A DNA stretch of 64,000 bases, from the IMG/VR virus record IMGVR_UViG_3300046321_000078. One strand, written 5' to 3'. The translations under genes and the position numbers were made by a program. How positions within the stretch are numbered: position 1 is the stretch's first letter; each line of letters opens with the position of its first letter. This document shows, piece after piece, positions 20,101 to 28,731 of this stretch. The DNA is from an uncultured virus (IMG/VR IMGVR_UViG_3300046321_000078) (lineage: Duplodnaviria; Heunggongvirae; Uroviricota; Caudoviricetes). The notes below the pieces were generated by a model. That model saw only the letters and a program-made list of their open reading frames with translations, was not told the DNA's origin and did not search any database.

Positions 20101-21153
20101 TTGATTAATGGTGTAGTGGAAGCAGAGCATTTCGACCATATTCCAGGTAATTATGATATTTTACAAATGTGTTCGATTGTTCAGAATACGGCGGTTGTTA
20201 CAAATACAAATATTAATACTGACTGGGCGGCTTTATATAATATAAATCAAGTAGAAGTTCAAAACTCATTTGGTGCAAAACCTTTATTTGTTGAAACTAC
20301 TGATGCAAATGCCAATGCTGAAATAAGTGCCGTTTCTCAGGTCGCGGCTTTGGATGTTACTGAAAAATCATCTGTTGTTTTTAATATACAAGGAACTTGG
20401 GTTGGAACCTTAGCATTACAAGCATCTACTGATAATGTTAACTGGACTTCTTTGAATGGTATATATGACATTACAGGTCAGGTTGTTTCAGATGCAACTA
20501 CTAACGGAGCAATCGTGTGTCCAGTCGGTGGTTATAAGTATTGTCGTATCACAAGTACCACATGGACTTCTGGCTCTGCTCAAATTAATATTAATGCAAG
20601 TACTGGGGTAAATACAGTTCAACCTTTCAATACAATAAATGCACCTCTATATATTAGTAATGTAGGTCAAACTCGACGGGTTTATTCAGCAGCTAATACG
20701 GCATTTACTGCTGCAAATTTAGCTACAGATTTTTTCACTATTACAGGAAGTGCAACTAGAATTGTTCGAGTTTTGCGAATAGGCTTTTCAGCAACACAAA
20801 CTGTATTGTCTAACGTTAATATTCAACTACTTAAACGTAGTACTGCGAATACTGGTGGAACCTCTACTTTAAGAACTGCCGTACCTAGTGATAGTTTGCA
20901 GATTGCAGCTACTGCTGAAGTTAGAACTTATACAGCTAACCCAACGCAAGGTACTCTAGTCGGCGTAATGAAAGCGACTCGCGTTACAATACCGGCCCCC
21001 GCTTCTGCGGTTGTTAACGAGGAGAGACTGTACGACTTTACTGATAGACCTATCGTATTGCGTGGAATTAATGAAGTACTTGCTTTGAATTTAAACGGCG
21101 TTACAGTAACTGGCAATATATTCAGTTGCTTTATAGAATTTACAGAGGAGTAA
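17116..21153 (+). CDS. large repeat-rich fibre-like virion protein (1345 aa)
   Basis: Thr/Ser/Ala-rich with internal repeats (LAALEN, LTDxxLRA, LLTELQLKADL.ETQPVS); beta-rich C-terminal half. Confidence 0.7.
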   Translation: MSNPGKYLNLENIIRKVFDHTTDSLRMSNSGAPVGIIISSSDDSIAIGNVAGDLLTINPDGSLNSNINGVTPVLGRIPVDIGGATVNITGPVNITNEVEIKNDAGSPIPINGTVTVTGVSTLAEQQSQTTKLNTIDSSLVNIDTNTLDIYSETQTHTGILNSIDSKLTSPLSITGSTVALDATTLAALENTNVTISNASIAVTGPLTDTQLRASAVPVSVSGVSTLAEQQTQTTSLQSIDTQVGSLLTELQLKADLTETQPVSLASIPLPTGAATSANQVTTNSSLSSIDTKLNNLDIRDLVFATDKVDATGSIVGLDATSLAALENITATVSGDINLSTSTLAALENVSIDNFPASQAVTGSFLTDAQLRASAVPVSGSVSVTGVATAANQATEIASLNSIDTKTPALGQALAAASTPVVLTAAQVSTLTPLSTVTANIGTTNGLALDTSVNTLLKPASTLSAVTTLGSITNTVVIKADTLVNQTNALKVDGSAVTQPISGNVGITGTPNVNVTNASLAITAASLPLPASASTSALQTTGNSSLSSIDSKIPTGLTVTTGRLQVELPSGSGGLTDAELRATPVAVSLSGVSTLLEQQSQTTLLTSIDTEVQSINASLDTQLSNVATEATLAALDTKITTTNVKLDSLLTELQLKADLSETQPVSVSGVATSALQTAGNASLSSIDTKLTSPLTTDLSASTLAALENISVNNFPVNQNVTVTSTVGLTDVELRASDISTIAKNELYASFSPDPSNISTGTFFAPAMDARGRVETHSTVLTDEGSFRDDFIGASLTSTITGTASFINGSTQLLGVGTLFSTEIKAGQYLKKTTDSETLYVKVSAIISDTEVELVSAYTGTTATSALHVSNWITSTGTGSISIVNSEMVVGSGTAINTTIIERTADYGPLNLAFKATISQRIANQTIILGLRDNVASPVFRAEFVFTGTNSSSITCISSSGTTANDVQTTIITLPNGVSTIMSNRYQVFLSNDRVSFLINGVVEAEHFDHIPGNYDILQMCSIVQNTAVVTNTNINTDWAALYNINQVEVQNSFGAKPLFVETTDANANAEISAVSQVAALDVTEKSSVVFNIQGTWVGTLALQASTDNVNWTSLNGIYDITGQVVSDATTNGAIVCPVGGYKYCRITSTTWTSGSAQININASTGVNTVQPFNTINAPLYISNVGQTRRVYSAANTAFTAANLATDFFTITGSATRIVRVLRIGFSATQTVLSNVNIQLLKRSTANTGGTSTLRTAVPSDSLQIAATAEVRTYTANPTQGTLVGVMKATRVTIPAPASAVVNEERLYDFTDRPIVLRGINEVLALNLNGVTVTGNIFSCFIEFTEE

Positions 21154-21156
21154 TAT

Positions 21157-21567
21157 ATGGTAAGCTCAAGCTACAAACCGTTAAAAGTTTCGGACTTTCA
21201 ATCAGATTGTGTTAATTTTAATGGAATGTCAAGCTCAGGCTCGGCTATCGAGAACCAAACGATAGCGTCAGATATCACTATGACTGATGTCCATTTATTA
21301 ACTGGCGGTAATTTACTGGTTAAGGGTGGGAAGTTTGGAGATAAAATTAAGTTACAGGTCGTACATCCCACAGCTGGCGTAGTAGGTCAATATGTTACTG
21401 ATTATGGAGTTCAATCTGATAATGAGTTTCAGTTCGCATTAGAACTGACATATCCAGCTAAGATTGAAACAGGCTTGAAGTTAAGATTGACTTATGTTTC
21501 TACCGCAGAGGTTGGAACTCGTCAATTCTGTATTAACTATTCTTTACATAAGATTATAATAGCTTAA
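21157..21567 (+). CDS. virion structural/hypothetical protein
   Basis: GAGGAG RBS; beta-rich. Confidence 0.55.
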   Translation: MVSSSYKPLKVSDFQSDCVNFNGMSSSGSAIENQTIASDITMTDVHLLTGGNLLVKGGKFGDKIKLQVVHPTAGVVGQYVTDYGVQSDNEFQFALELTYPAKIETGLKLRLTYVSTAEVGTRQFCINYSLHKIIIA

Positions 21568-21605
21568 TATTTTTAATTAGTATAAACAAACACATAGAGG
21601 TTTAC

Positions 21606-22100
21606 GTGAAAATTATAGTAGGATTCTCAAGAGCTAAGAGTATATTTAAGTTCGGAAGTACTGCTATACAATTAGCAGAGAAACGTAACTTTGGTCACGC
21701 TTACATTAGATATTATTCTGAAGAAAAGCAAACAGAGATTGTTGCCCAAGCTTCTCACGGCTTTGTAAATGAAATGAATTTTGATATATTTAAAGATACA
21801 AATATTGTTGTAAAAGAGTATAAACTAGAATGCTCACGGGATACCTTTGATGTAATAATGAAGTTTATAGGTTCAAAGCTAGGTACTAAATATTCTCAAA
21901 TGCAGATTATACTTATAGCTATTAAGAAGGTATTAAGATTTGAAGTTAAGCAGTACAATCAGGATAAATATTTTATATGCTCTGAGTTTGCTGCTATTAT
22001 TTGTCACACTCTAGGCGTGGATGTTCCTACCGAATTAGACTACTTTACGCCATCAGATTTAGATACATTATTACATGAAAATAAAGTAGAGCTTCTATAA
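21606..22100 (+). CDS. permuted papain-like (NlpC/P60, YiiX-type) amidase
   Basis: N-terminal GHAYI, G.KY, C-terminal YFICSEF, TPSDL. Confidence 0.8.
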   Translation: MKIIVGFSRAKSIFKFGSTAIQLAEKRNFGHAYIRYYSEEKQTEIVAQASHGFVNEMNFDIFKDTNIVVKEYKLECSRDTFDVIMKFIGSKLGTKYSQMQIILIAIKKVLRFEVKQYNQDKYFICSEFAAIICHTLGVDVPTELDYFTPSDLDTLLHENKVELL

Positions 22101-22537
22101 TGAGTCAATTAAAAGAATTTCTTAAAGTTATGTCGCAATTGGAAAGTAACGGTGGTAAGAATACTAACCACGATAAACTATCTGATGGTACTAATGCTGT
22201 AGGTCAGTATGGAATAAAACCTATGACAGCTAAGGATGTGCTTAAGAAGTCTCCGGATAATGTTAACGACTTAGACTTACAAGAAGTGCAGCAGCAACTA
22301 GAATCCAGTCCAGAGATGCAACAAAAAGTTGCTGAGATACTAGGACAGAAGATCTTGAATAACAATAAAGGTCAAATGAGTCCCTCTGCCGTTGGTTGGA
22401 GAGATGGTCAGAATAAGTCACTAGACGCTAATACAGATAAATTAAACGTTGATACTGAATATGCAGATAAGATTGAGCAAGTGAAGCAGAAATTAGGTAT
22501 CATGCCTACACTTTTCAATTCAATGAAAGCTAGATAA
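22100..22537 (+). CDS. lytic transglycosylase/lysozyme-like protein
   Basis: QLESNGG (catalytic Glu), AVGQYGI.P.TA. Confidence 0.7.
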   Translation: MSQLKEFLKVMSQLESNGGKNTNHDKLSDGTNAVGQYGIKPMTAKDVLKKSPDNVNDLDLQEVQQQLESSPEMQQKVAEILGQKILNNNKGQMSPSAVGWRDGQNKSLDANTDKLNVDTEYADKIEQVKQKLGIMPTLFNSMKAR

Positions 22538-22544
22538 TAATAAA

Positions 22545-22555
22545 TAACATATATT
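22545..22555 (+). promoter_or_regulatory. TAACATATATT motif
   Basis: Upstream of scaffold gene. Confidence 0.7.
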
Positions 22556-22632
22556 TATGAGACTACTCCTATTTTAGGAATGCTCACTTTAACTTGTATC
22601 TAGCAAAGTCTAGACCAACAAAGGAATAATAA

Positions 22633-23550
22633 ATGTCAGAAGAACAAGGTAATGCTACGCCTGAAGTAGTAGAAACAGCTCCAGTAGCTGAAGTATCAGA
22701 AGAAAATGCAGTAGAAGGTCAACCTGAAGCTGAAGTAACTCCCCAAGAAGCCAAGAAGCAAGAAGCAGAAATTAAGAAAGCTTTAAAGTCTTACGAAGTT
22801 AAAGTTAATGGTAAAAGTAAAACTATTGATCTGGATATGGATAATGACGAAGAAGTTAAGAAGTATATTCAGAAAGCTATGGCTTCTGATGAGCGTTTCC
22901 AAGAAGCATCTAATTATAAAAAACAAGCAGAACAATTAGTCGACATGTTGCAGAAAGATCCTTTGTCTATTCTTCGTAATCCAGCATTGGGTCTTGATAT
23001 TCGTAAGTTAGCCGAACAGGTTTTGTTACAGGACTTAGAAGAGCAACAGAAGTCTCCAGAGCAAAAGAAGCTTGAAGACTACGAACGCCGTTTAAAAGAA
23101 TATGAAGATAATAAGAAAAAAGATGAAGATACACTACGTAATCAGCAGATTGAGGCTGCTACAGCTCGTAATCAGCAAGAAATTGAGAATAGCATGATGC
23201 AAGCACTTGAGAAGAGTGATTTTCCTGCTGAACCGTTCTTTATTCGTCGAGTAGCTGATGCTATGGCTTCTGCTATTGAAAATGGATGGGAAGATGTCAC
23301 AGTAGAAGACATTATGCCTTATGTTGAAGGTCGGATGAAGAGTGACTTTGGTAGTTTAATTGGTAAACATAAAGATCCAGTAAAGCTAGAGAAGTTATTA
23401 GGTAAAGACGTATTAAATGACTATAGAAAGCATAGTGTTGCTAAAGTTAAAGCTGCTCCTAGTACAACCGCTAAGTCTACAGCTAAACCTGAGGAACCTA
23501 AAGAAGTAAAACCTCGCAGAATGCGCATAGACGATATAGGTGGGTGGTAG
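22633..23550 (+). CDS. capsid scaffolding protein
   Basis: Acidic N-terminus, VKVNG motif, coiled coil; directly before the capsid gene. Confidence 0.8.
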   Translation: MSEEQGNATPEVVETAPVAEVSEENAVEGQPEAEVTPQEAKKQEAEIKKALKSYEVKVNGKSKTIDLDMDNDEEVKKYIQKAMASDERFQEASNYKKQAEQLVDMLQKDPLSILRNPALGLDIRKLAEQVLLQDLEEQQKSPEQKKLEDYERRLKEYEDNKKKDEDTLRNQQIEAATARNQQEIENSMMQALEKSDFPAEPFFIRRVADAMASAIENGWEDVTVEDIMPYVEGRMKSDFGSLIGKHKDPVKLEKLLGKDVLNDYRKHSVAKVKAAPSTTAKSTAKPEEPKEVKPRRMRIDDIGGW

Positions 23551-23570
23551 TTATTAAACTACCTCTTTAT

Positions 23571-23581
23571 TAACATATACT
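23571..23581 (+). promoter_or_regulatory. TAACATATACT motif
   Basis: Upstream of capsid exon 1. Confidence 0.7.
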
Positions 23582-23643
23582 TATAGGACATGGATAATTA
23601 GCATACTATTATTTGCTAGGCTCTTGGACAAGCTAACGCCTCT

Positions 23644-23672
23644 AAGATACCACAAAATAACAGATATGTCAA
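23644..23672 (-). promoter_or_regulatory. antisense sigma70-type promoter TTGACA-17-TATCTT
   Basis: Perfect -35, 17-bp spacer, TG extension; no minus-strand gene downstream. Confidence 0.55.
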
Positions 23673-23719
23673 GTAAAATGTTACTACTAAACTAAACAAC
23701 TAAAAAAAGGATATATAAA

Positions 23720-25884
23720 ATGGCAAATTTTCCAGGAGCAAATGACATCGTAACAGCAAATGGTCTCTTTAGCTAAGCTTTTTTGAAGAGATGAGGTGAG
23801 ACTCCTCCGTATAAACCATACGAAAATTGTGTGAATTGCTGGAACTCCATAAAAAAGATGGACAATCAGCAGCCAAGCTGCTAAAGTAAGCAGAAGGTTC
23901 AGAGACTAGATAACTAAATAAATTTCCTGAAGGTTTCGACCAGTTGGAAGGTAAGAATGGAACGAAAAGAAAAACGAGATTTAATTCTCTCAATGTGTTT
24001 AGGTGACGGCTGTTTAGCTTACACTTCAAATAGAATTTCAGCGGCTATTACGATAGGTCATTGTAAAGAACAACAAGACTATTTACAGTTAAAGGCTGAT
24101 TTCCTAGAGCGAGCATTTGATCAAAAGGTAAGAGTACGAAAAGGTCAAGATACTAAAGTACAACTATCTTTATGTAAGAAGAGATTTAAAGCGTGGAGAA
24201 AGTTTATATATAGAAATGGTAAAAAAGATTTATCTTTATTATTACCTTTCATAATAAATCCACAGAGAGCTATTTCTTTTTGGTTGATGGATGATGGGTA
24301 TACAGAACCTAGTTTTGATAGAAATAAAGCTGGTGAAAATATATTCTACAGTGCATGTTTAAGAATATTTACATGCGATCAATCTCTCCAAACTCATGAA
24401 TATATGATAGATTGGTTTTATAAAAACTTTTCTGTAACTCCTAAAGTGTTATACAATAAGAGTACGAAAAGAAATAAAACTTATCCTTTCTTGAAATTCA
24501 ATACCGTGGATAGTTTAATTATATGGGAACAGATTAGAACTTTTGTAATGATTACAGATTCTATGAAACATAAATTTAGATATATGGAACAGTATTACCA
24601 AAAAAAGTTATCACAGCGCACAACAAGCAAATAGCTTGATGATATAGTCCGACACTCCTAGTAATAGGAGACAACAGTACGAAAACAGTTTATGGCGATT
24701 TAGAAAATATTATACCAATCGGTAAAAAGATTGCAGAAATGATTGCATTCTCAGCTAAAGCTAAAACGGGATCAGCATATAATACTGCTATCATTTTAGG
24801 TTTAGAGCACGGCGTTACTTATGAAGGATCTGATGCTGGAGCATTCTTGTTGAATGATGCAGTTTCTGGTGCAGTAAAACAAGCTACTATTAAAGGAAAT
24901 CAGATTGTATTACGTTCAGCAATGTCGTATGAATCAATTTTCCGTTCTGAGGGTAAGGATCAATCTTTTGAAGAGACTGGTAAATATGTAATCCAGAACA
25001 TGATGGATTCTTTATTTAAAAAATTAGAAGTTGAATTACTTTATGGTCAAGATGGTTTGTCTGTAGTTGAGTTCGCAGCTCCAGCAGTTCCTAATACAAC
25101 TTTAGCGGTTGAATTACAAGAAGCTGAGTTTGCAGCTGGTATTTGGTCAGGTTCTCGTGGTATGAAAGTTGACTTCTACAACGGCGTTACACCTGTTGCT
25201 GGCGGTTTAGCTCGTATCATCCAGAAAGTAGATTTGAATACTCATGTTATGACTTTAGATCCAACTACTCCATTAGCAGCAGCTCCAACGGCGGCTTTCA
25301 CTATCTACCCAGCAGGTGCTTATGGTAAGCAAATGTTAGGTATGAAGAAGATTATGGAAAATACTGGAGTTATGTTCGGTATTGACGCAGCTCAATATGA
25401 GATGTGGGAAGGTACTCAGTATGCTTTACCGGTTGCTGACGTATTATCGTTCGCAGTAGTTCAACAGGCTATCACTAAAGGTGTTGAAAAAGGTTTAGAT
25501 AAGGACGTTGTTGTTCTTTGTAATCCTGGACACTGGGATGATTTGTTAACTGAGCAAGCGGCTACTCGCATGACTGACAGCTCTTACTCTTCTGAGTTAG
25601 CTGAAAACGGTTCTAAATCAATCAAATTCCATTCTCAAAATGGTATGGTTGAAATTGTTCCTTACATCCATATCAAACAAGGTCACGCGTTTGTTATTTG
25701 TAAGAGCGATTGGAAACGTATCGGTTCTACTGACGTTACTTTTAAACGTCCAGGTCAGCCTGATAAGTACTTCCTGGAACTACAATCACACGCTGGAGTT
25801 GAGCTAAGAGCTTATACTGACCAGGCGATAATTTGTAGAAAACCAGGTGCTCAAATTCTTATCACGAACTTAAAAGTTTCTTAA
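23720..25884 (+). CDS. major capsid protein, spliced: join(23720..23770,24682..25884), 417 aa
   Basis: Exon 1 MANFPGANDIVTANGLF joins in frame to KTVYGDLENIIPIGKKIAE-MIAFS (ORF 24739); follows scaffold; strong terminator after. Confidence 0.88.
23771..24681 (+). mobile_element. group I intron (911 nt) in the major capsid gene
   Basis: Exon ends in U, intron ends in G. P1 CUCUUU/GAAGAG with U-G at the splice site; P AATTGCTGGAA, Q AATCAGCAG, R GTTCAGAGACTA, S GATATAGTCC; P9 CTCCTA-GTAA-TAGGAG. Confidence 0.93.
23957..24634 (+). CDS. intron-encoded LAGLIDADG homing endonuclease
   Basis: Two motifs: LILSMCLGDGCL and AISFWLMDDGY. Confidence 0.88.
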   Translation: MERKEKRDLILSMCLGDGCLAYTSNRISAAITIGHCKEQQDYLQLKADFLERAFDQKVRVRKGQDTKVQLSLCKKRFKAWRKFIYRNGKKDLSLLLPFIINPQRAISFWLMDDGYTEPSFDRNKAGENIFYSACLRIFTCDQSLQTHEYMIDWFYKNFSVTPKVLYNKSTKRNKTYPFLKFNTVDSLIIWEQIRTFVMITDSMKHKFRYMEQYYQKKLSQRTTSK

Positions 25885-25905
25885 TCAAAACTTTAATAAA
25901 GATTC

Positions 25906-26694
25906 TTAAAGGGAGCCTTCCGGCTCCCTTTTTTTGTATGGTACTATAAGATGTTGTATGTTTTTAATATACTGTTTCTTCTTTCTTTTATCACAGTTAA
26001 AGTAAAAATACCTATGTTTAGATTTTTGTTTTATAAACTTAGCATCAGGATATCTAGCTAATATGTCTGCCTTTTTTTGACTACCAACTTTAACTCTCAT
26101 AGCTCTAGATCCATATATTTTACCATCAATTTCAACAGCAAACCTTAGTCTATCATTTCTACCCATAGCTCCTACATAATAAAAGTTACAAGATTGATAT
26201 ATAGTTCCGACTTCCCCAGCAGTGTGATCTACTGTGCAAGTAATAATTTCATATTGTTTTGGAAGCATTTTTATAGCCGCCATTATTAAAAAAGAACCTG
26301 TATTTTTAGGTGTCCAGTGAAGACATACACCTCGATTTAATAGTATTATTTTATTAGAGAAATTATACTTATCCCAAACTCCTAGATTTTCAGAGTACTC
26401 ACTTCCGAATACAACTACTCCTCCGCATATTAAGTTTTTTGTCTTCTTATCTTCAAAGTAAATTCCGTAGGCATGTTTGTTTACGGCAGCCATAGTTCCT
26501 AACCACTCATACTTTTCTATAATAGGTCTAGCCTCTACTATACTCATCTCTTTTACTATACTGTTAGATAAATTTATATCTAAATCTTTCCAGTACTCAT
26601 TGTTACATTCTAGATTTGCAGCCTCAATTCTACGCTTGTACTGCCACGCGACCCCAATATTAGAGTTTATTTTTTTAACATCAAATCTACTCAT
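25906..26694 (-). CDS. Mom-like (GNAT-fold) DNA base modification protein
   Basis: GVVVFG, LLNRGVC...PKNTGSFLI, D..AGEVGTIYQSCNFYYVG, SKHRYFYF, as in Mu Mom-family proteins. Confidence 0.75.
   Translation of the reverse strand: MSRFDVKKINSNIGVAWQYKRRIEAANLECNNEYWKDLDINLSNSIVKEMSIVEARPIIEKYEWLGTMAAVNKHAYGIYFEDKKTKNLICGGVVVFGSEYSENLGVWDKYNFSNKIILLNRGVCLHWTPKNTGSFLIMAAIKMLPKQYEIITCTVDHTAGEVGTIYQSCNFYYVGAMGRNDRLRFAVEIDGKIYGSRAMRVKVGSQKKADILARYPDAKFIKQKSKHRYFYFNCDKRKKKQYIKNIQHLIVPYKKREPEGSL
25908..25935 (+). terminator. intrinsic terminator after the capsid gene (possibly bidirectional)
   Basis: AAAGGGAGCC-TTCC-GGCTCCCTTTTTTT. Confidence 0.85.
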
Positions 26695-27487
26695 TTTCTA
26701 TAGCCTTTTTTATTTTTTCTAAATAGACTAAAACATCCTCAGGTATACTATCTAGTTTAGCAAAATTGTCCTTTGACCACATAGGTCTTAGGTTTAATGG
26801 ATGATTGATTATACGCTGATTCATAGGGTCTAACATTTGATCGTCATCAAAATAAGCAAATGGTATGTAGTGGTCCGTATTCCAACTGTCCTCACCTTGT
26901 CCATAGTTATCCCAAGTCATACCTTTGGTCCACTGTCTTTCAAAATGATTCATTAATTCTTTGTCATCTTTTAATAATTTATGTACAGCGGAGGTTAGTC
27001 TAGCTACTGAAATTCTACCACAAGCATTCCTAATTCTACCTCTTAAATTTTTTCTTATTCTATAAGCTGGGTTAGTTTCTAGTTCGTTTTTCTCCCACTT
27101 ATATTGAGTCTCTCTTATTGTATCTTTATTTTCTACTCTATAGACAACTTGGTATTGCTTATTTTTTTCCTTGTGTGACTTTCTATACTCTTCAGCATAA
27201 GCTTTTTTAGCTGTTACGTTTTTTACGTAATTTTCTTTCATCTTAAGATTAATGATATCTTTATTTTTTAAATTATACTCTTTCTTTTTTGCTATATTAC
27301 TAGATTGATTTGCATAGTATTGTTGTTTTTTTTTAATGCTAATTTCTGATTTATTTAAGTCTCTATAAATAGTTCCTGCTATTTTTTTACACAGCTTACA
27401 ACTTTTAGACTTCATATCAGGCTGACTTTTATCAGTGTGAAAGTGATCTAATTCTTTTTCTACTTTACATTTACTACAAGTTTTCAT
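26687..27487 (-). CDS. HNH/endonuclease VII-like endonuclease
   Basis: CSKC...CKLC zinc finger; GMTWDNYG..WNTDHYIP...NLRPMW..DN..K. Confidence 0.8.
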   Translation of the reverse strand: MKTCSKCKVEKELDHFHTDKSQPDMKSKSCKLCKKIAGTIYRDLNKSEISIKKKQQYYANQSSNIAKKKEYNLKNKDIINLKMKENYVKNVTAKKAYAEEYRKSHKEKNKQYQVVYRVENKDTIRETQYKWEKNELETNPAYRIRKNLRGRIRNACGRISVARLTSAVHKLLKDDKELMNHFERQWTKGMTWDNYGQGEDSWNTDHYIPFAYFDDDQMLDPMNQRIINHPLNLRPMWSKDNFAKLDSIPEDVLVYLEKIKKAIENE

Positions 27488-27499
27488 ATTCCTAATATA

Positions 27500-28132
27500 T
27501 CATACATTTTTTAGCTTGTCAAGATTTATCCAGCTTTCTATAGTACTTAAACTAACTGGTGTATATTTGTTTGCAACTATTCCGACGTCGTACTGTTTAT
27601 CCAGTATTTTTACTGATTGACTCTTGTCTATATGACTGTGGATGTGGCCGTGAAGGTGGTATTGCCCTTCATTATTTATTGAAGACTTCTGATGCTTTAA
27701 CCTACTCTCTCCATGCCAATTTTCAAAAGGAGTATCTACAGATTTTCTCATATTAGAAGTATCTTCCCTAAGTACTCCCCTTAGTGGACAATGCGACATA
27801 GTTACTAGGTTATTTCCAATATATATGCTAGCATGATATAATACAACATCAAACTTACAATTGTACATTGTAATCATACCTTTATCATGATTACCTAATA
27901 GTAATACTTTAATACCATTCAATCTACTTATCACCTTGCGGATATCTTCTGTTTTGTTTCCCATATCACCCAAAAAGTAGCATATACCAGTTTTAGGCAC
28001 CGTAGCGTTATACCTAGCTATAAGAGTTTCGTGCATTTCGTGTAAACTTCCAAACGGTCTATTATCAAACTTAATAGCATTTTCGTGTCCACAATGCCAA
28101 TCTGAAGTAAAAAACGTAGGCTTATTATTCAT
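27500..28132 (-). CDS. calcineurin-like metallophosphoesterase
   Basis: SDWH, LGD, GNHD, SH.P, HGHIH, DVG. Confidence 0.9.
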   Translation of the reverse strand: MNNKPTFFTSDWHCGHENAIKFDNRPFGSLHEMHETLIARYNATVPKTGICYFLGDMGNKTEDIRKVISRLNGIKVLLLGNHDKGMITMYNCKFDVVLYHASIYIGNNLVTMSHCPLRGVLREDTSNMRKSVDTPFENWHGESRLKHQKSSINNEGQYHLHGHIHSHIDKSQSVKILDKQYDVGIVANKYTPVSLSTIESWINLDKLKNV

Positions 28133-28138
28133 ATTATC

Positions 28139-28167
28139 AACATATCACACCAGTACCGGAATGTCAA
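28139..28167 (-). promoter_or_regulatory. sigma70 promoter TTGACA-17-TATGTT, predicted start at the ATG (leaderless)
   Basis: ATG 28132 lies 7 bp from the -10 element. Confidence 0.7.
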
Positions 28168-28174
28168 CATTAAA

Positions 28175-28185
28175 TAACATATATC
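28175..28185 (+). promoter_or_regulatory. TAACATATATC motif
   Basis: 3 nt before the endolysin ATG. Confidence 0.65.
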
Positions 28186-28188
28186 TAT

Positions 28189-28593
28189 ATGATAACAATG
28201 TCTGAATTACTAAAAAATACTAAGTTTGAAGATATACCAAAAGAGCATCAGGAGAACCTTTTAAAGCTCCTAGACATGCTCAATTTACTGAGAAGAGCCT
28301 ACGGTAAGCCCTTAATTGTCTCGAGTGGGTATCGCTCAATGACGGACCACTTGAGAATTTACAAGGAGAAGGGTATTACTGATAAGTCTAAAATACCTAT
28401 GAAATCGGCACATTTAAGTGGTATGTCATGTGACTTCTCTGATCCTGATGGGTTATTAAAGGACTGGGTTAATAAGAACCTCCAGATTATGGTAGATATA
28501 GGCTTTTATATGGAAGATTTCTCAGCAACGAAAACGTGGCTTCATGTCCAATTTAGAAAACCAGCTTCTGGTAAGCGTTTTTTTATGCCTTAA
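28189..28593 (+). CDS. peptidase M15A-family endolysin
   Basis: SSGYRS, SAHLSG.SCD, WLHV zinc ligands. Confidence 0.85.
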   Translation: MITMSELLKNTKFEDIPKEHQENLLKLLDMLNLLRRAYGKPLIVSSGYRSMTDHLRIYKEKGITDKSKIPMKSAHLSGMSCDFSDPDGLLKDWVNKNLQIMVDIGFYMEDFSATKTWLHVQFRKPASGKRFFMP

Positions 28594-28653
28594 AAAAGGA
28601 CAACAGTAGTCGAAGTCCTGTTGTCCTATGGGACTTGTTATGGCTAATAACTT
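28592..28653 (-). ncRNA. candidate ~62-nt sRNA A
   Basis: Promoter TTGACA(28688-83)-17-TATTGT; hairpin GTTAT/ATAAC; terminator GGACAACAG/CTGTTGTCC plus T6; no ORF. Confidence 0.55.
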
Positions 28654-28698
28654 ATACACACAATAGCACAATATTCGATTATTGTCAAGTCCTTTGTT

Positions 28699-28709
28699 TA
28701 ACATATATT
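28699..28709 (+). promoter_or_regulatory. TAACATATATT motif
   Basis: Upstream of the tail fibre operon. Confidence 0.7.
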
Positions 28710-28731
28710 AATATAGGGAGATTATGACTGC

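Noticed and set aside
24739..25884. Capsid starting at ATG 24739
   Set aside because: No RBS; the frame is open upstream to the intron 3' splice site and joins an RBS-led exon 1
28598..28651. HDV-like ribozyme on the + strand (GGACAAC/GTTGTCC stem plus GGCTAA)
   Set aside because: Only 15 nt between the P1 strands, too short for P2-P3-L3, and no P2 complement
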